Part shown: piece after piece, positions 47,630 through 57,437 of the stretch
How positions within the stretch are numbered: the first letter of the stretch is position 1
How the letters are laid out: each line of letters starts with the position of its first letter
Source of the DNA: Oligoflexales bacterium
Lineage (GTDB): Bacteria > Bdellovibrionota_B > Oligoflexia > Oligoflexales > CAIYRB01
Reading direction: 5' to 3'
DNA length: 64,000 nt
Assembly (NCBI GenBank): GCA_041736175.1
Contig: JBGSUI010000014.1
Location: forward strand, 1 to 64,000
The notes under the pieces: model-generated
The model's database searches: none
The model's input: the letters and a program-made list of their open reading frames with translations, nothing else
Told to the model about the DNA's origin: nothing
Translations under genes and position numbers: made by a program

Positions 47630-49114
47630 GTGAACCGCCTCCCGTACAACTACCCCAAACAAGTCAAAGTCGTCCTCATTGCCGAAACCCTTTTGGTTTT
47701 TGGGGCTTGTACCATTGCCTGGTTTTTTTGGTCCACCCTCTGCCCGACTGGAATCGAGTCGTGTCTTGGAAACGACTCGACCCTAAGACCGCTGATCTTT
47801 ATCTTTTTAGCCGCCTTTAGACCCTTTGTCTTTACGCCGCTTTTTTTTCTGACGATTATTGCTGGACGGGCCTTTGGACCCTTTTGGGGGGCCATCCTCG
47901 CCGCCCTTGGGGGGGTCCTGTCCTGCTACCTGGTCTTTATCGTCAGCCGCGTCTTTGGGGGCTCCCTGGTCAAACCCTGGCTCCGGGCCAACCTGCCTGC
48001 CACCTACAAGCTCCTGCAGTCCCAGGACTACAAGATCGTGATCGCCCTCCGCTTGATCCCGTTTATTCCCTTTGACCTAGTCTCCATGTCCCTGGGAGCC
48101 TTAAGCCTCCGCACCAAGACGGTGATGCTCTGCACCTTTCTGGCGATCATCCCCGAGTGCTATGTTTTTGCGAGATTGGTAGACCCCAATGGCTCCATGC
48201 TGGGAGCCGCCGTCGTATCCCTGCTTGTATTCGGCGCAAGCCTGATCGGCCCGCTGCTTCTTGTAGAAATCAAAATGCGCAACCAGGGTCGCAGCCTTTT
48301 GTCGATGCTACGAGCGTCTTTTAATGAAATCAAATTCGAGATCCAAGCAAACAACGACATCATGCGCAGCGACCATTTTGATAAACAAAAAACTCCGGTC
48401 CTGCTCCTCTATGGATTTTTCTCCTCAAGGCGTTCGGTCACAGTCCTGGAAAAAATGTTAAAATCCCGAGGCCACCAGGTCTTTAGCTTTAATCTCGGGG
48501 GGCTTCTCAACACGTTTTTTACGAGGGACATCCTCGACACAGCTAGTTTTATCGACCTTAAGATCAAACGCCAGATCGATCGCCACGGTTTTAAAAAAAT
48601 CCATATCGTCGCCCATTCAAAGGGGGGCCTCGTCGCCCTCTGGTGGCTCCTTAAACTCGGGGGGCATCACCACTGTGACAAGGTGGTCACCATGGGCACT
48701 CCCTTTCGGGGATCTCGACTCACTTATATCGCTCTGATCACACCCCTTGGTTTTTTTTGGCGCGACGTCGGACAGATGCGCCCTGGATCGACTTTTCTAA
48801 AGACGCTCCATAAAGCCGCTGTCCCTGAAAACCTAAAAATCTACTGTTTGTATTCTCAAAACGACCGGGTCGCACGGGGTGAAGCCGGTATTTTTGCCCC
48901 TGATCCACCCAGCTCTCAGGTGACCCCCGTCGCCATGAACCATATCTCTCACTTTGAGTTTCTCTACCGCAAAGAGGTCTCCAAAAGGATCTCTCTTCTC
49001 CTAGCTGACGAAGCCGTCCCAACTGAGGAGCAGGCAACTATGGACTCTTCAGAATCAGCGGAATCCTTGGACCCCCAAGAGCAGGTCTGGAGGCAGATCG
49101 CTGGTGATGAGTAG
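47630..49114 (+). CDS. VTT/DedA (SNARE-associated) membrane domain fused to an alpha/beta-hydrolase lipase
   Basis: G..FGP..G and LRLIPFIPF motifs; then PVLLLYG, AHSKGG elbow, MGTPF.G, ND, SH. Confidence 0.85.
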   Translation: MNRLPYNYPKQVKVVLIAETLLVFGACTIAWFFWSTLCPTGIESCLGNDSTLRPLIFIFLAAFRPFVFTPLFFLTIIAGRAFGPFWGAILAALGGVLSCYLVFIVSRVFGGSLVKPWLRANLPATYKLLQSQDYKIVIALRLIPFIPFDLVSMSLGALSLRTKTVMLCTFLAIIPECYVFARLVDPNGSMLGAAVVSLLVFGASLIGPLLLVEIKMRNQGRSLLSMLRASFNEIKFEIQANNDIMRSDHFDKQKTPVLLLYGFFSSRRSVTVLEKMLKSRGHQVFSFNLGGLLNTFFTRDILDTASFIDLKIKRQIDRHGFKKIHIVAHSKGGLVALWWLLKLGGHHHCDKVVTMGTPFRGSRLTYIALITPLGFFWRDVGQMRPGSTFLKTLHKAAVPENLKIYCLYSQNDRVARGEAGIFAPDPPSSQVTPVAMNHISHFEFLYRKEVSKRISLLLADEAVPTEEQATMDSSESAESLDPQEQVWRQIAGDE

Positions 49115-49332
49115 ATTGTGTCACACAGATCCCTGCTCAAATGGGGTTTCCTATGTTGAAATTTTAAGTCCAGTCTGTGACTAAGTCTGCGTCCAAAAAC
49201 GTCCAACAACATTTGATATTTGTTACACGATCGGCCAGACAGCAGCCTATAGTCAATCAATCCCATCTTCCGCGCACCAGGTTGCCATAGCTCCCCCGAT
49301 GGCTTAGTGTGGCAGATCAAGGAGGCGTATCC

Positions 49333-49806
49333 ATGCAACCCCCCAGGCTATCCACTGCACCAACCCACTATGATGACCAGCTTTTGAGCCTACTATGGCT
49401 TGAAACCGTGGTGCCTGTGGGCCCCTTTGGCATCGCCCTGCGGTTTAAACTCGCTCGGATGACCGATGAGTCCATTGACTGCGATATCCCAAAGGGGGTT
49501 CCCCTGATTCAGCAATTGGCAAACACCCTTCCCCCTCCAGAGTCTGCACCCGAGAGCCAAAGCAAGGGGGCCCCGTGGTCCATGACCCTTGTCCATAGTC
49601 TGTGGTCAGACCACTTGCAGATTCCCTTTGAGGCCAGGCCGCTATCTGTATCGACAGGGGAAAACGGCACTCCCTTGCTGCGATTTCAGATCAACTCCCA
49701 AGCGCAATGGTCCGCTTCCCTAGAGTCCCTGCTTAAGGAATGGCAGATTTTAGACCCGCAGTATCCCTTGCTGATATCTGCGGAACACCAAATCATGGCA
49801 TCCTAG
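49333..49806 (+). CDS. Hypothetical protein
   Basis: AAGGAGG RBS and ORF. Confidence 0.65.
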   Translation: MQPPRLSTAPTHYDDQLLSLLWLETVVPVGPFGIALRFKLARMTDESIDCDIPKGVPLIQQLANTLPPPESAPESQSKGAPWSMTLVHSLWSDHLQIPFEARPLSVSTGENGTPLLRFQINSQAQWSASLESLLKEWQILDPQYPLLISAEHQIMAS

Positions 49807-49884
49807 GGGAATCACTGACCGCTTGCCGCGCCCTTGCCAAGAGTTCGTCCCGTCAGATATATAACCTGCTGTGAGGATCCATTA

Positions 49885-51594
49885 ATGGCCAAAAACTCAA
49901 AACTCGCCCCCCTCCCGCAGCGCAAAAAAGCAGTCGCCAGCCTGGAAACTATGCGCAAGGTTTTTACCCTCCCCGAGTCCGAATCTTCGACTCTAAGCCA
50001 GCTTGACCGGGAGATTTCCGAAAACTTAAGGGGATTTCTTCAAGAGCGCATCGTCTCCGGAGATATCGCCCCCGCTAATCTCGAACAAGCCTTTATGGAT
50101 ACCACGATCCCCGACGATCCCATGTGGGTTGCCGAGCAGACTCAGTTTCTCCTAGACAAAGTCGTCGCCCAGTCTGTCCATACGGCCTCACCCCGTTTTA
50201 TTGGCCATATGACGTCAGCGTTGCCCCATTTTATGCTGCCCCTCGCCAAGATTATGATCGCACTCAACCAAAATGTGGTGAAGATCGAAACCTCAAAGGC
50301 CTTCACTCCCCTCGAACGCCAGGTCATCGGGATGCTCCACCGTCTGGTCTATGGGTGCGACGACCCTTTTTACCAGACCTGGACCCAAAACTTTAACCAT
50401 TCCCTGGGGGTCCTTTGCTCCGGGGGAACCATCGCCAATATCACGGGACTCTGGGTCGCTCGTAACCAAAAACTAGGCCCCAAACCAGATTTTGCAGGTG
50501 TGGCCGAAGAGGGCTATGCCAAGGCCTTAGCGGCCTATGGCTACCGGGATGCTGTTGTCCTCGTGTCCAAAAGGGGCCATTATTCGATCCGCAAGGCCTG
50601 TGACGCCATCGGCCTCGGTCGCCGCCAAGTGCTAAAACTCCCTATCGACCACCATCACCGGATCGATCTCGGAGTCTTAGAAAAAACTTTAAAAACCATG
50701 GCCCAGGAAAAGACCCTGGTCCTTGCCATCATCGGGGTCGCCGGAGCCACAGAGACCGGATCTGTGGACCCCCTCGACACCCTCGCCGATCTCGCCCAGG
50801 AATACGGTGCAGCCTTCCATGTAGACGCTGCCTGGGGAGGGCCTACTCTGTTTTCCACCAAGCATCGGGGGCTTCTCAAAGGCATCGAACGGGCTGATTC
50901 TGTGGTGATCGATGCCCACAAACAACTCTACGTCCCCATGGGAGTGGGTATGGTGCTCTTTAAGGATCCACAGGCTCTGGATTCTGTAGAACACCATGCC
51001 CAATACATCATCCGCCAGGGCAGCCGGGATATCGGTAAACACACTTTAGAGGGTTCCCGCAACGGTATGGCCATGTTGGTCCACTCAGCCCTGAGGATTA
51101 TCGGACGCCGCGGATATGAGATCCTTATCGACCTAGGGATTGGCAAGGCCGCCCATTTTGCAAAGATGATCCGTGGAGACGGCGAGTTTGAGCTCATCAC
51201 TGAGCCTGAGCTCAACCTCCTCACCTATCGTTTTGTCCCTGAAAAAGCTCGCCAGCTACTCCGGGAAGTGCATGATTCAAAAGAGCTGACCTCAAAGTGC
51301 AACGATATTTTAAGCGATCTCACGGAATCCATCCAAAAGCGCCAACGCCAAGAGGGAAAATCCTTTGTCTCCCGAACGCGCCTCGAAGCTAAGGCCCACC
51401 ATAGCCAAGAAGTCAGCGTGTTTAGGGTAGTCTTAGCCAATCCGCTGACCACAAACCCGATCCTAGGCGAGATTTTAGAAGAGCAACGTGCCTATGGACG
51501 AGAAATCTTTGTCTCTGAGGGTTTCGAAAAAGCTTTGGAGGGACTCTATCGAACAGCACGGGCAATGGGTGAAACAGGATCGGAAGCCACGTGA
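49885..51594 (+). CDS. panP: PLP-dependent aspartate 1-decarboxylase (PanP type)
   Basis: FIGHMTSALP, LNQN.VKIETSKAFTPLERQV, HVDAAWGG, DAHKQLY, TLEGSR. Confidence 0.9.
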   Translation: MAKNSKLAPLPQRKKAVASLETMRKVFTLPESESSTLSQLDREISENLRGFLQERIVSGDIAPANLEQAFMDTTIPDDPMWVAEQTQFLLDKVVAQSVHTASPRFIGHMTSALPHFMLPLAKIMIALNQNVVKIETSKAFTPLERQVIGMLHRLVYGCDDPFYQTWTQNFNHSLGVLCSGGTIANITGLWVARNQKLGPKPDFAGVAEEGYAKALAAYGYRDAVVLVSKRGHYSIRKACDAIGLGRRQVLKLPIDHHHRIDLGVLEKTLKTMAQEKTLVLAIIGVAGATETGSVDPLDTLADLAQEYGAAFHVDAAWGGPTLFSTKHRGLLKGIERADSVVIDAHKQLYVPMGVGMVLFKDPQALDSVEHHAQYIIRQGSRDIGKHTLEGSRNGMAMLVHSALRIIGRRGYEILIDLGIGKAAHFAKMIRGDGEFELITEPELNLLTYRFVPEKARQLLREVHDSKELTSKCNDILSDLTESIQKRQRQEGKSFVSRTRLEAKAHHSQEVSVFRVVLANPLTTNPILGEILEEQRAYGREIFVSEGFEKALEGLYRTARAMGETGSEAT

Positions 51595-51745
51595 ACTTGG
51601 CTCATGGGAACACCGATGTGATTCTCTGTCCTATAGTCAAACAGCTCATGTTAGACTATAAGAAAGCCTAGAGTTCGGTAAACCCTCGCTGGCTCCAAAA
51701 AAAGCGGGGAGCATGATAAACCGCTTTTTAATTTAAGTGATTAAT

Positions 51746-53371
51746 ATGGCAAAGTTCTTTAATATCGCTGGCCCCATTCAGCAAGAAGATCACTATTTTA
51801 TACCAATCGCTCAAAGGATTGATTTGGATGAAATCCTGATGCTCATAGGCCAAAAAAAGTACTTTGTCCTCCATGCTCCTCGCCAAAGCGGTAAAACAAC
51901 CACCCTGCTCGAACTCTGCAAAATACTCAACCAAAGTGGCAAATACAAATGTCTCTATATCAATGTGGAAAGCGCGCAAACAGCCAGAGGAAATGTCGAG
52001 CAGGCTATGCGTATCATCACTCAAGATCTGGTGCGAAGAGAAAAAATCTACCTGCCGCATGATGATATCTTAGCCACAAATATCGATGAAATGTATCGAC
52101 GCAGTCCGGCTTCCGCTCTTGGACTCCTCCTCACAAAATGGGCCCAAGAGAGCATGTTACCAACGATCCTTTTGATCGATGAAATCGACTCACTCGCCGG
52201 AGATACACTCGTTTCTGTCATGCGCCAATTACGCGACGGGTATCATGAACGCCCCAAAAACTTTCCCCAAAGCGTTATTCTTTGCGGGGTCCGCGACGTG
52301 CGAGATTACCGCCTTGATGATGGCTCGGGAAAGTCTCCTGTGACTGGTGGCAGTGCTTATAATGTAAATTCGAAATCCCTCAGAATGGGCCCCTTTACTC
52401 GAGACGAAGTGAAGGAGCTTTACCAGCAGCATACCGAGGCCACAGGCCAAGCCTTTAGCGGCGAAGCCTTAAAAATAGCCTTTGATTTGACCCTCGGCCA
52501 ACCATGGCTCGTCAACGCCCTCGCCTATGAGACTTGCTTTGAAAACCCCCATGGTCGAGATCGCAGCCAAACCATCACAGCTGAGATGATCGTGGCAGCT
52601 AAAGATGCCTTGATCCTGCGGCGCGTGACCCATCTCGACCAGCTTGCGGATAAGCTTAAAGAGCCAAGGGTGAGGTCCGTAATTGAACCAATGCTAAGGG
52701 GAGAACTCCCCCCCGTCATCCATCAAGCCGATATTGAATATGTCACGGACCTTGGGCTCGTGGCAAAAACACCATCCGGTTTAAAGGTTGCAAACCCCAT
52801 TTATCACGAAGTGATTCCGCGGCAGCTGACCTACATCAATCAAACTCTCTTAGACTCTGTTGTCACCCGCCAGTGGTACATCAACCCCGATGGCTCGATC
52901 GCCGTGGAAAAACTCCTCCAAGACTTTCAGCAATTTTTCAGAGAAAACAGCGAGGCTTGGATCCAACGCTTCGACCAGTACCACGAGGCAGGCCCCCAGC
53001 TCCTGCTTCAGGCCTATCTGCAGCGGGTGGTCAACGGCGGTGGCCGCATCGACCGGGAATACGGCCTGGGTCGGGGGCGTACTGATATCCTCCTCACCTG
53101 GCCCTACGGTCCGGAAGTCACGACCTCCAGTGGGACGACTCGGGGGAGTCTGATGCAAAAAGCGGTTTTTGAACTTAAAATCGTTTATGGGAGTAAAGAG
53201 AAAACCCTGGCCAAGGGTCTGGAGCAAACCAAGATGTATTTGGACCAGGTTGGACTTAAAGCAGGTCACCTTTTAATCTTTAACCGGGATATAAACCAGA
53301 CATGGGACGACAAGATCTACCGGGAGGAGCATTCTTATCAAGGGTGTTCCATTACGGTGTGGGGGATGTGA
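51746..53371 (+). CDS. AAA-like ATPase with C-terminal PD-(D/E)XK-like domain
   Basis: FN.AGP, APRQSGKTT, LLIDEID, GQPWLVNAL, REYGLGRGRTD...FELK. Confidence 0.85.
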   Translation: MAKFFNIAGPIQQEDHYFIPIAQRIDLDEILMLIGQKKYFVLHAPRQSGKTTTLLELCKILNQSGKYKCLYINVESAQTARGNVEQAMRIITQDLVRREKIYLPHDDILATNIDEMYRRSPASALGLLLTKWAQESMLPTILLIDEIDSLAGDTLVSVMRQLRDGYHERPKNFPQSVILCGVRDVRDYRLDDGSGKSPVTGGSAYNVNSKSLRMGPFTRDEVKELYQQHTEATGQAFSGEALKIAFDLTLGQPWLVNALAYETCFENPHGRDRSQTITAEMIVAAKDALILRRVTHLDQLADKLKEPRVRSVIEPMLRGELPPVIHQADIEYVTDLGLVAKTPSGLKVANPIYHEVIPRQLTYINQTLLDSVVTRQWYINPDGSIAVEKLLQDFQQFFRENSEAWIQRFDQYHEAGPQLLLQAYLQRVVNGGGRIDREYGLGRGRTDILLTWPYGPEVTTSSGTTRGSLMQKAVFELKIVYGSKEKTLAKGLEQTKMYLDQVGLKAGHLLIFNRDINQTWDDKIYREEHSYQGCSITVWGM

Positions 53372-53470
53372 GCCACAACTAGACCACCTGGTGTTTTTAA
53401 CAAAAAGGCGGGGCTTTAGGATCTGTGGTATACTAGTGTTTATTTTCTATAACGAAGGAAGGTTATAAAC

Positions 53471-53827
53471 ATGGGTCTTTACATCGATGGTTTCCTGCTC
53501 ACTCTAAAAACCAAAAACCTACCTGCCTACAGGAAGATGGCAAAACTCGGCTGCAAGGTCTGGATGGAGCACGGCGCTTTGAGTTATATCGAAGCAATTG
53601 GCGATGACATCAAGGTCAAGTTCGGACTCCCCTTTCCCAAACTTCTGAAAACTAAACCCTCGGAAACCATAGTCATCGCCTTTGTCACCTACAAGTCCAA
53701 AGCAGATCGCAATCGCATTACAAAGCTAGTGATGAGCGATCCGCGCATGAACATGATCGATCAGCCCATGCCATTCGATATGAATACGATGTGTTTTGGA
53801 GGCTTCAAGTCCTTGGTCGAATCCTAG
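53471..53827 (+). CDS. DUF1428 (YbaA) family protein
   Basis: YIDGF, W.EHGAL.Y.E..GDD, VM.DPRM, MPFD...M.FGGF. Confidence 0.92.
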   Translation: MGLYIDGFLLTLKTKNLPAYRKMAKLGCKVWMEHGALSYIEAIGDDIKVKFGLPFPKLLKTKPSETIVIAFVTYKSKADRNRITKLVMSDPRMNMIDQPMPFDMNTMCFGGFKSLVES

Positions 53828-53994
53828 CTGTCATGGAACCTCTGCCCGGGGACTCCAAATATATCAGCGTAACTCGGGTATGTCGTCTAGGGCGAACCAT
53901 GAATCTTGTCTCTTGCCGATCGTAAAATTCGGGTATAAGGAATTGGATACTAATATGCCAAGCTCCCGAGAGCAATCTGATAGGATGCAAAGGT

Positions 53995-54582
53995 ATGACA
54001 ACAAAGTTGATTCGAGATGCCTTTAGACAAGCGGCAGACCACGCTACGTGGTTAAGCCAAAACGAAGCCCTGATCCAAGAGGTGGAGAAAGCGGCTGGGC
54101 TTATCATTACATCTCTCAAAAACAAGGGCCGGGTTTTTAGTTGTGGCAACGGTGGATCACTGTGCGACGCCATGCATTTTGCCGAGGAGCTTTCGGGGCG
54201 TTTTAGACGAGACCGGGCAGCCCTGCCTGCGCTGGCGATGATCGACCCAGGTCATATCACCTGCACAGCCAATGATTTTGGGTATGACCAAATCTATAGT
54301 CGTTTTCTAGAAGCCCACGGGCGTTCTGGGGATGTACTCCTTGCGATCAGTACCAGTGGTAAGAGTCCCAATATTCTCAGGGCAGCACAAACAGCGCGAA
54401 ATTTAGGCATCAAATGTATCGGGCTCACAGGGCGTCCTCTGAGTCCCCTCCATCCTTGGCTTGATATCGATCTCTGTACTGAAGGTAAAACCCAATGGGC
54501 GGACCGAATCCAAGAAATGCATATTAAGGTGATTCATACTCTTATTGAGGTTATAGAGTCTCAACTTTTTGGTATGTCTTAG
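53995..54582 (+). CDS. gmhA: Phosphoheptose isomerase
   Basis: CGNGGS..DA.HFAEEL, NDFGY, STSG.S.N, RIQE.HI. Confidence 0.95.
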   Translation: MTTKLIRDAFRQAADHATWLSQNEALIQEVEKAAGLIITSLKNKGRVFSCGNGGSLCDAMHFAEELSGRFRRDRAALPALAMIDPGHITCTANDFGYDQIYSRFLEAHGRSGDVLLAISTSGKSPNILRAAQTARNLGIKCIGLTGRPLSPLHPWLDIDLCTEGKTQWADRIQEMHIKVIHTLIEVIESQLFGMS

Positions 54583-54619
54583 CCACGGTGCGGAATCACG
54601 ATAAGGACTGGGTGAACCA

Positions 54620-55726
54620 ATGGAAAATAGTTTAGGAAGCCATTATCGCAACATTAAGAGACTTAACCGCCCCGTGATTTTGTCTCCCGATAATTTTATG
54701 CCAGTCGCCAGGACTCCTTGGGGGGGATTTGGGATTGCAAAACTTTACAAAAACCACCTAGGCCCAGAGTTTTTACCCCAGGGTGCGCCACCAAAGATTG
54801 GCGAGTCTTGGGAGTTTTCCCTCGACCCTAACTATCCATCGCGCGCGATCGAAGATAGGACAAGCCTTAAAGTGCTTATGGAACATTTTGCTGAGGATGT
54901 TTTTTCTCCTGCAAAAATCAGCCAAGGTTTAGGGCAATGTCATATTATGGTTAAGCTGCTTGAGGCTGCAGAGCCCCTGTCGCTCCAGGTTCATCCTGGA
55001 GACCAAGACCCCGATCTCAAACCCCATGAATGCGGTAAACCTGAATCTTGGTTGGTGCTTCATGCTGAAAAAGGCGCAGGGATCTACCTAGGATTTAAAG
55101 CACCGCATACTAGGGAGCAACTCCACGAAATCCTATTACGGGGTGATGAGGCTAAAACTCATCTGTATTTTCAGGAGGTAAAGGCTGGAGACTATTTTGA
55201 AATCCAGCCTGGGGTCCCCCACTCCATCGGACCAGGGGTGACTATTCTCGAGCCCCAAAGGGTGTTGCCAGGTCGAGAGGGCAAAACCTTTAGACTTTGG
55301 GATTGGGGCCGCCTCTACGAGGGTAAACCAAGGGAACTTCATTTACAGCAGGGCCTTAAACTTATCGACCCTCTCCATCAGGTGGGAGAAAAGTTTGTAA
55401 AGTCTCTGAAAAGAGTGCCAACAGTCCATAAAGGCAAGGGTTTTGAGGCGCTTTTTTTCGAGCCCAACGGCGAGTACCAGACGGTCCTGGTCAGAGCCGA
55501 AAAAGGTGCAGACCTGAGGCTCAATTTGAAAGATGGATTTGGTGTGATCACTGTGCTAAAAGGCATCCTCCGGCTGGCCCCCGCAGAGCGGACACAAGTT
55601 CAGCAGACCATGCCCACGGGGACCACGGCGCTGGTGCCCCACGCAGCACTGCCCCTTGTTGGGAGTTTTGAAGAAGCAGGGGAGTTTGTCATCTTGATCC
55701 CATCTCACACAACACTGAGTTTATAA
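54620..55726 (+). CDS. Type I phosphomannose isomerase family cupin
   Basis: WGG, GESWE, LSLQVHP, GKPESW, PG.PH.IG, R..DWGR, RELH. Confidence 0.85.
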   Translation: MENSLGSHYRNIKRLNRPVILSPDNFMPVARTPWGGFGIAKLYKNHLGPEFLPQGAPPKIGESWEFSLDPNYPSRAIEDRTSLKVLMEHFAEDVFSPAKISQGLGQCHIMVKLLEAAEPLSLQVHPGDQDPDLKPHECGKPESWLVLHAEKGAGIYLGFKAPHTREQLHEILLRGDEAKTHLYFQEVKAGDYFEIQPGVPHSIGPGVTILEPQRVLPGREGKTFRLWDWGRLYEGKPRELHLQQGLKLIDPLHQVGEKFVKSLKRVPTVHKGKGFEALFFEPNGEYQTVLVRAEKGADLRLNLKDGFGVITVLKGILRLAPAERTQVQQTMPTGTTALVPHAALPLVGSFEEAGEFVILIPSHTTLSL

Positions 55727-55729
55727 CAT

Positions 55730-57319
55730 ATGTCTCAAAACCACCGCGAGATTGCAAGGCGACGAACCTTTGCCATCATATCCCATCCTGATGCAGGTAA
55801 AACGACTCTTACCGAAAAGCTCTTGCTCTACGGGGGCGCCATCCAACTCGCAGGGACTGTTAAAGCGAAAAGATCTAAAAAATTTGCGACCTCAGACTGG
55901 ATGGAGATCGAGAAGCAGCGCGGAATCTCGGTGACAAGTTCGGTGATGAAGTTTCCTTACCAAGGATTTGAAATCAACCTGATCGACACCCCTGGTCACC
56001 AAGACTTTTCCGAAGATACCTACCGAACCCTAACGGCGGTTGATTCAGCCCTGATGCTGATCGATGCAGCTAATGGAGTCGAAACCCAAACCAAAAAACT
56101 TTTTGAAGTTTGTGCGTTGCGAAAGACGCCTATACTCGCGTTTGTCAATAAGATGGACCGGGAGGGGCGCACACCCTTTGCTCTTATGGACGAAGTGGAA
56201 AAGGTGCTAGGGATTCAGTGTTTTCCCGTGACCTGGCCCATCGGCATGGGTGAAACCTTTAGAGGTGTCTATGACCGTTTGTCCAAGCAGCTCCTGCTGT
56301 TTGAAAAGGGATCTGATCGAGCGCGCCCGGTACCTCTAAAGGGGATGTCCCTCGAAAGTCCCGAAGTGGTTCAAGAGATTGGCGAGGAACTAGCGCGGGA
56401 ACTCAGAGATGATGTTGAGCTGTTAGCGGCTACTGGAGATCACTTAGACAACGATGCCTACCTAAGCGGTAAAGTGGCTCCGCTTTTTTTTGGAAGTGCT
56501 ATTAATAATTTTGGTGTGCAGACCCTACTGGAAGCTCTGATTCATATCGCTCCCGAGCCGCGGCCGAGGCAGGCTCTTGAGCGGGTTGTGGATTCTAAGG
56601 AAGAAGCTTTTTCTGCCTTTATTTTTAAAATCCAAGCCAATATGGATCCCTCCCACCGGGACCGAGTGGCTTTTATGCGGATCTGTTCCGGCCGTTTTGA
56701 GCGCAATATGAAGGCCTTTCATGTAAGGCTCGGGCGTGAGATGCGGCTTGGACGTCCAACCCAGTTTATGGCCCAAGATCGGAGCCTGGTGGATGAGGCG
56801 TTTGCAGGGGATATCGTTGGTATCCACGATCCTGGAGTGTTTAAGATCGGGGACTCCCTTTCGGAAGGTGAGTCGGTTCATTTCATGGGGATTCCTGTGT
56901 TTGCTCCCGAACATTTTTGTCGCGTAGTCCTGGCAGAGCCTCTTAAGTCGAAGCAGCTCACAAAAGGTCTGGATCAACTCTCAGAGGAAGGAGCTGTTCA
57001 GGTCTTCAGGCCTACGGTATCTTCTGACCAATATTTAGGGGTGGTGGGAACGTTGCAGTTTGATGTGGTGGCATACCGCATTAAGGCAGAGTATGGTGTA
57101 GCCGTAAAGTTTGAGAGCCTTCCCTATGGTGTCGCGCGTTGGATTTCGTCTCCTAAGAAAGAAGCCTTGGCTTTGTTTATCAAAAATAATCAGCATAATG
57201 TTTGTCTAGACCAGCACCAGAGTCCGACGATTCTGGTGGACGAGCCTTGGCGGCTTAGACTCTTAGAAGAGAGAAACCCAGATATAGTCTTTTCGGCGAC
57301 CTCGGAAGGAGGCCGGTAA
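55730..57319 (+). CDS. prfC: Peptide chain release factor 3
   Basis: RRTFAIISHPDAGKTTLTEK, SDWM.IE.QRGIS, DTPGH.DFSEDTYR. Confidence 0.98.
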   Translation: MSQNHREIARRRTFAIISHPDAGKTTLTEKLLLYGGAIQLAGTVKAKRSKKFATSDWMEIEKQRGISVTSSVMKFPYQGFEINLIDTPGHQDFSEDTYRTLTAVDSALMLIDAANGVETQTKKLFEVCALRKTPILAFVNKMDREGRTPFALMDEVEKVLGIQCFPVTWPIGMGETFRGVYDRLSKQLLLFEKGSDRARPVPLKGMSLESPEVVQEIGEELARELRDDVELLAATGDHLDNDAYLSGKVAPLFFGSAINNFGVQTLLEALIHIAPEPRPRQALERVVDSKEEAFSAFIFKIQANMDPSHRDRVAFMRICSGRFERNMKAFHVRLGREMRLGRPTQFMAQDRSLVDEAFAGDIVGIHDPGVFKIGDSLSEGESVHFMGIPVFAPEHFCRVVLAEPLKSKQLTKGLDQLSEEGAVQVFRPTVSSDQYLGVVGTLQFDVVAYRIKAEYGVAVKFESLPYGVARWISSPKKEALALFIKNNQHNVCLDQHQSPTILVDEPWRLRLLEERNPDIVFSATSEGGR

Positions 57320-57437
57320 ACTGACGGACAACTGCATAGGCACGATCTATGCAGGTGTATGTTGGGCTTACGGCCACGATCTGACCAAGGTGCCCCAAAA
57401 TGCTGTTGCTGAAGTTGTTGCTGCTGGAGACTCTAAG

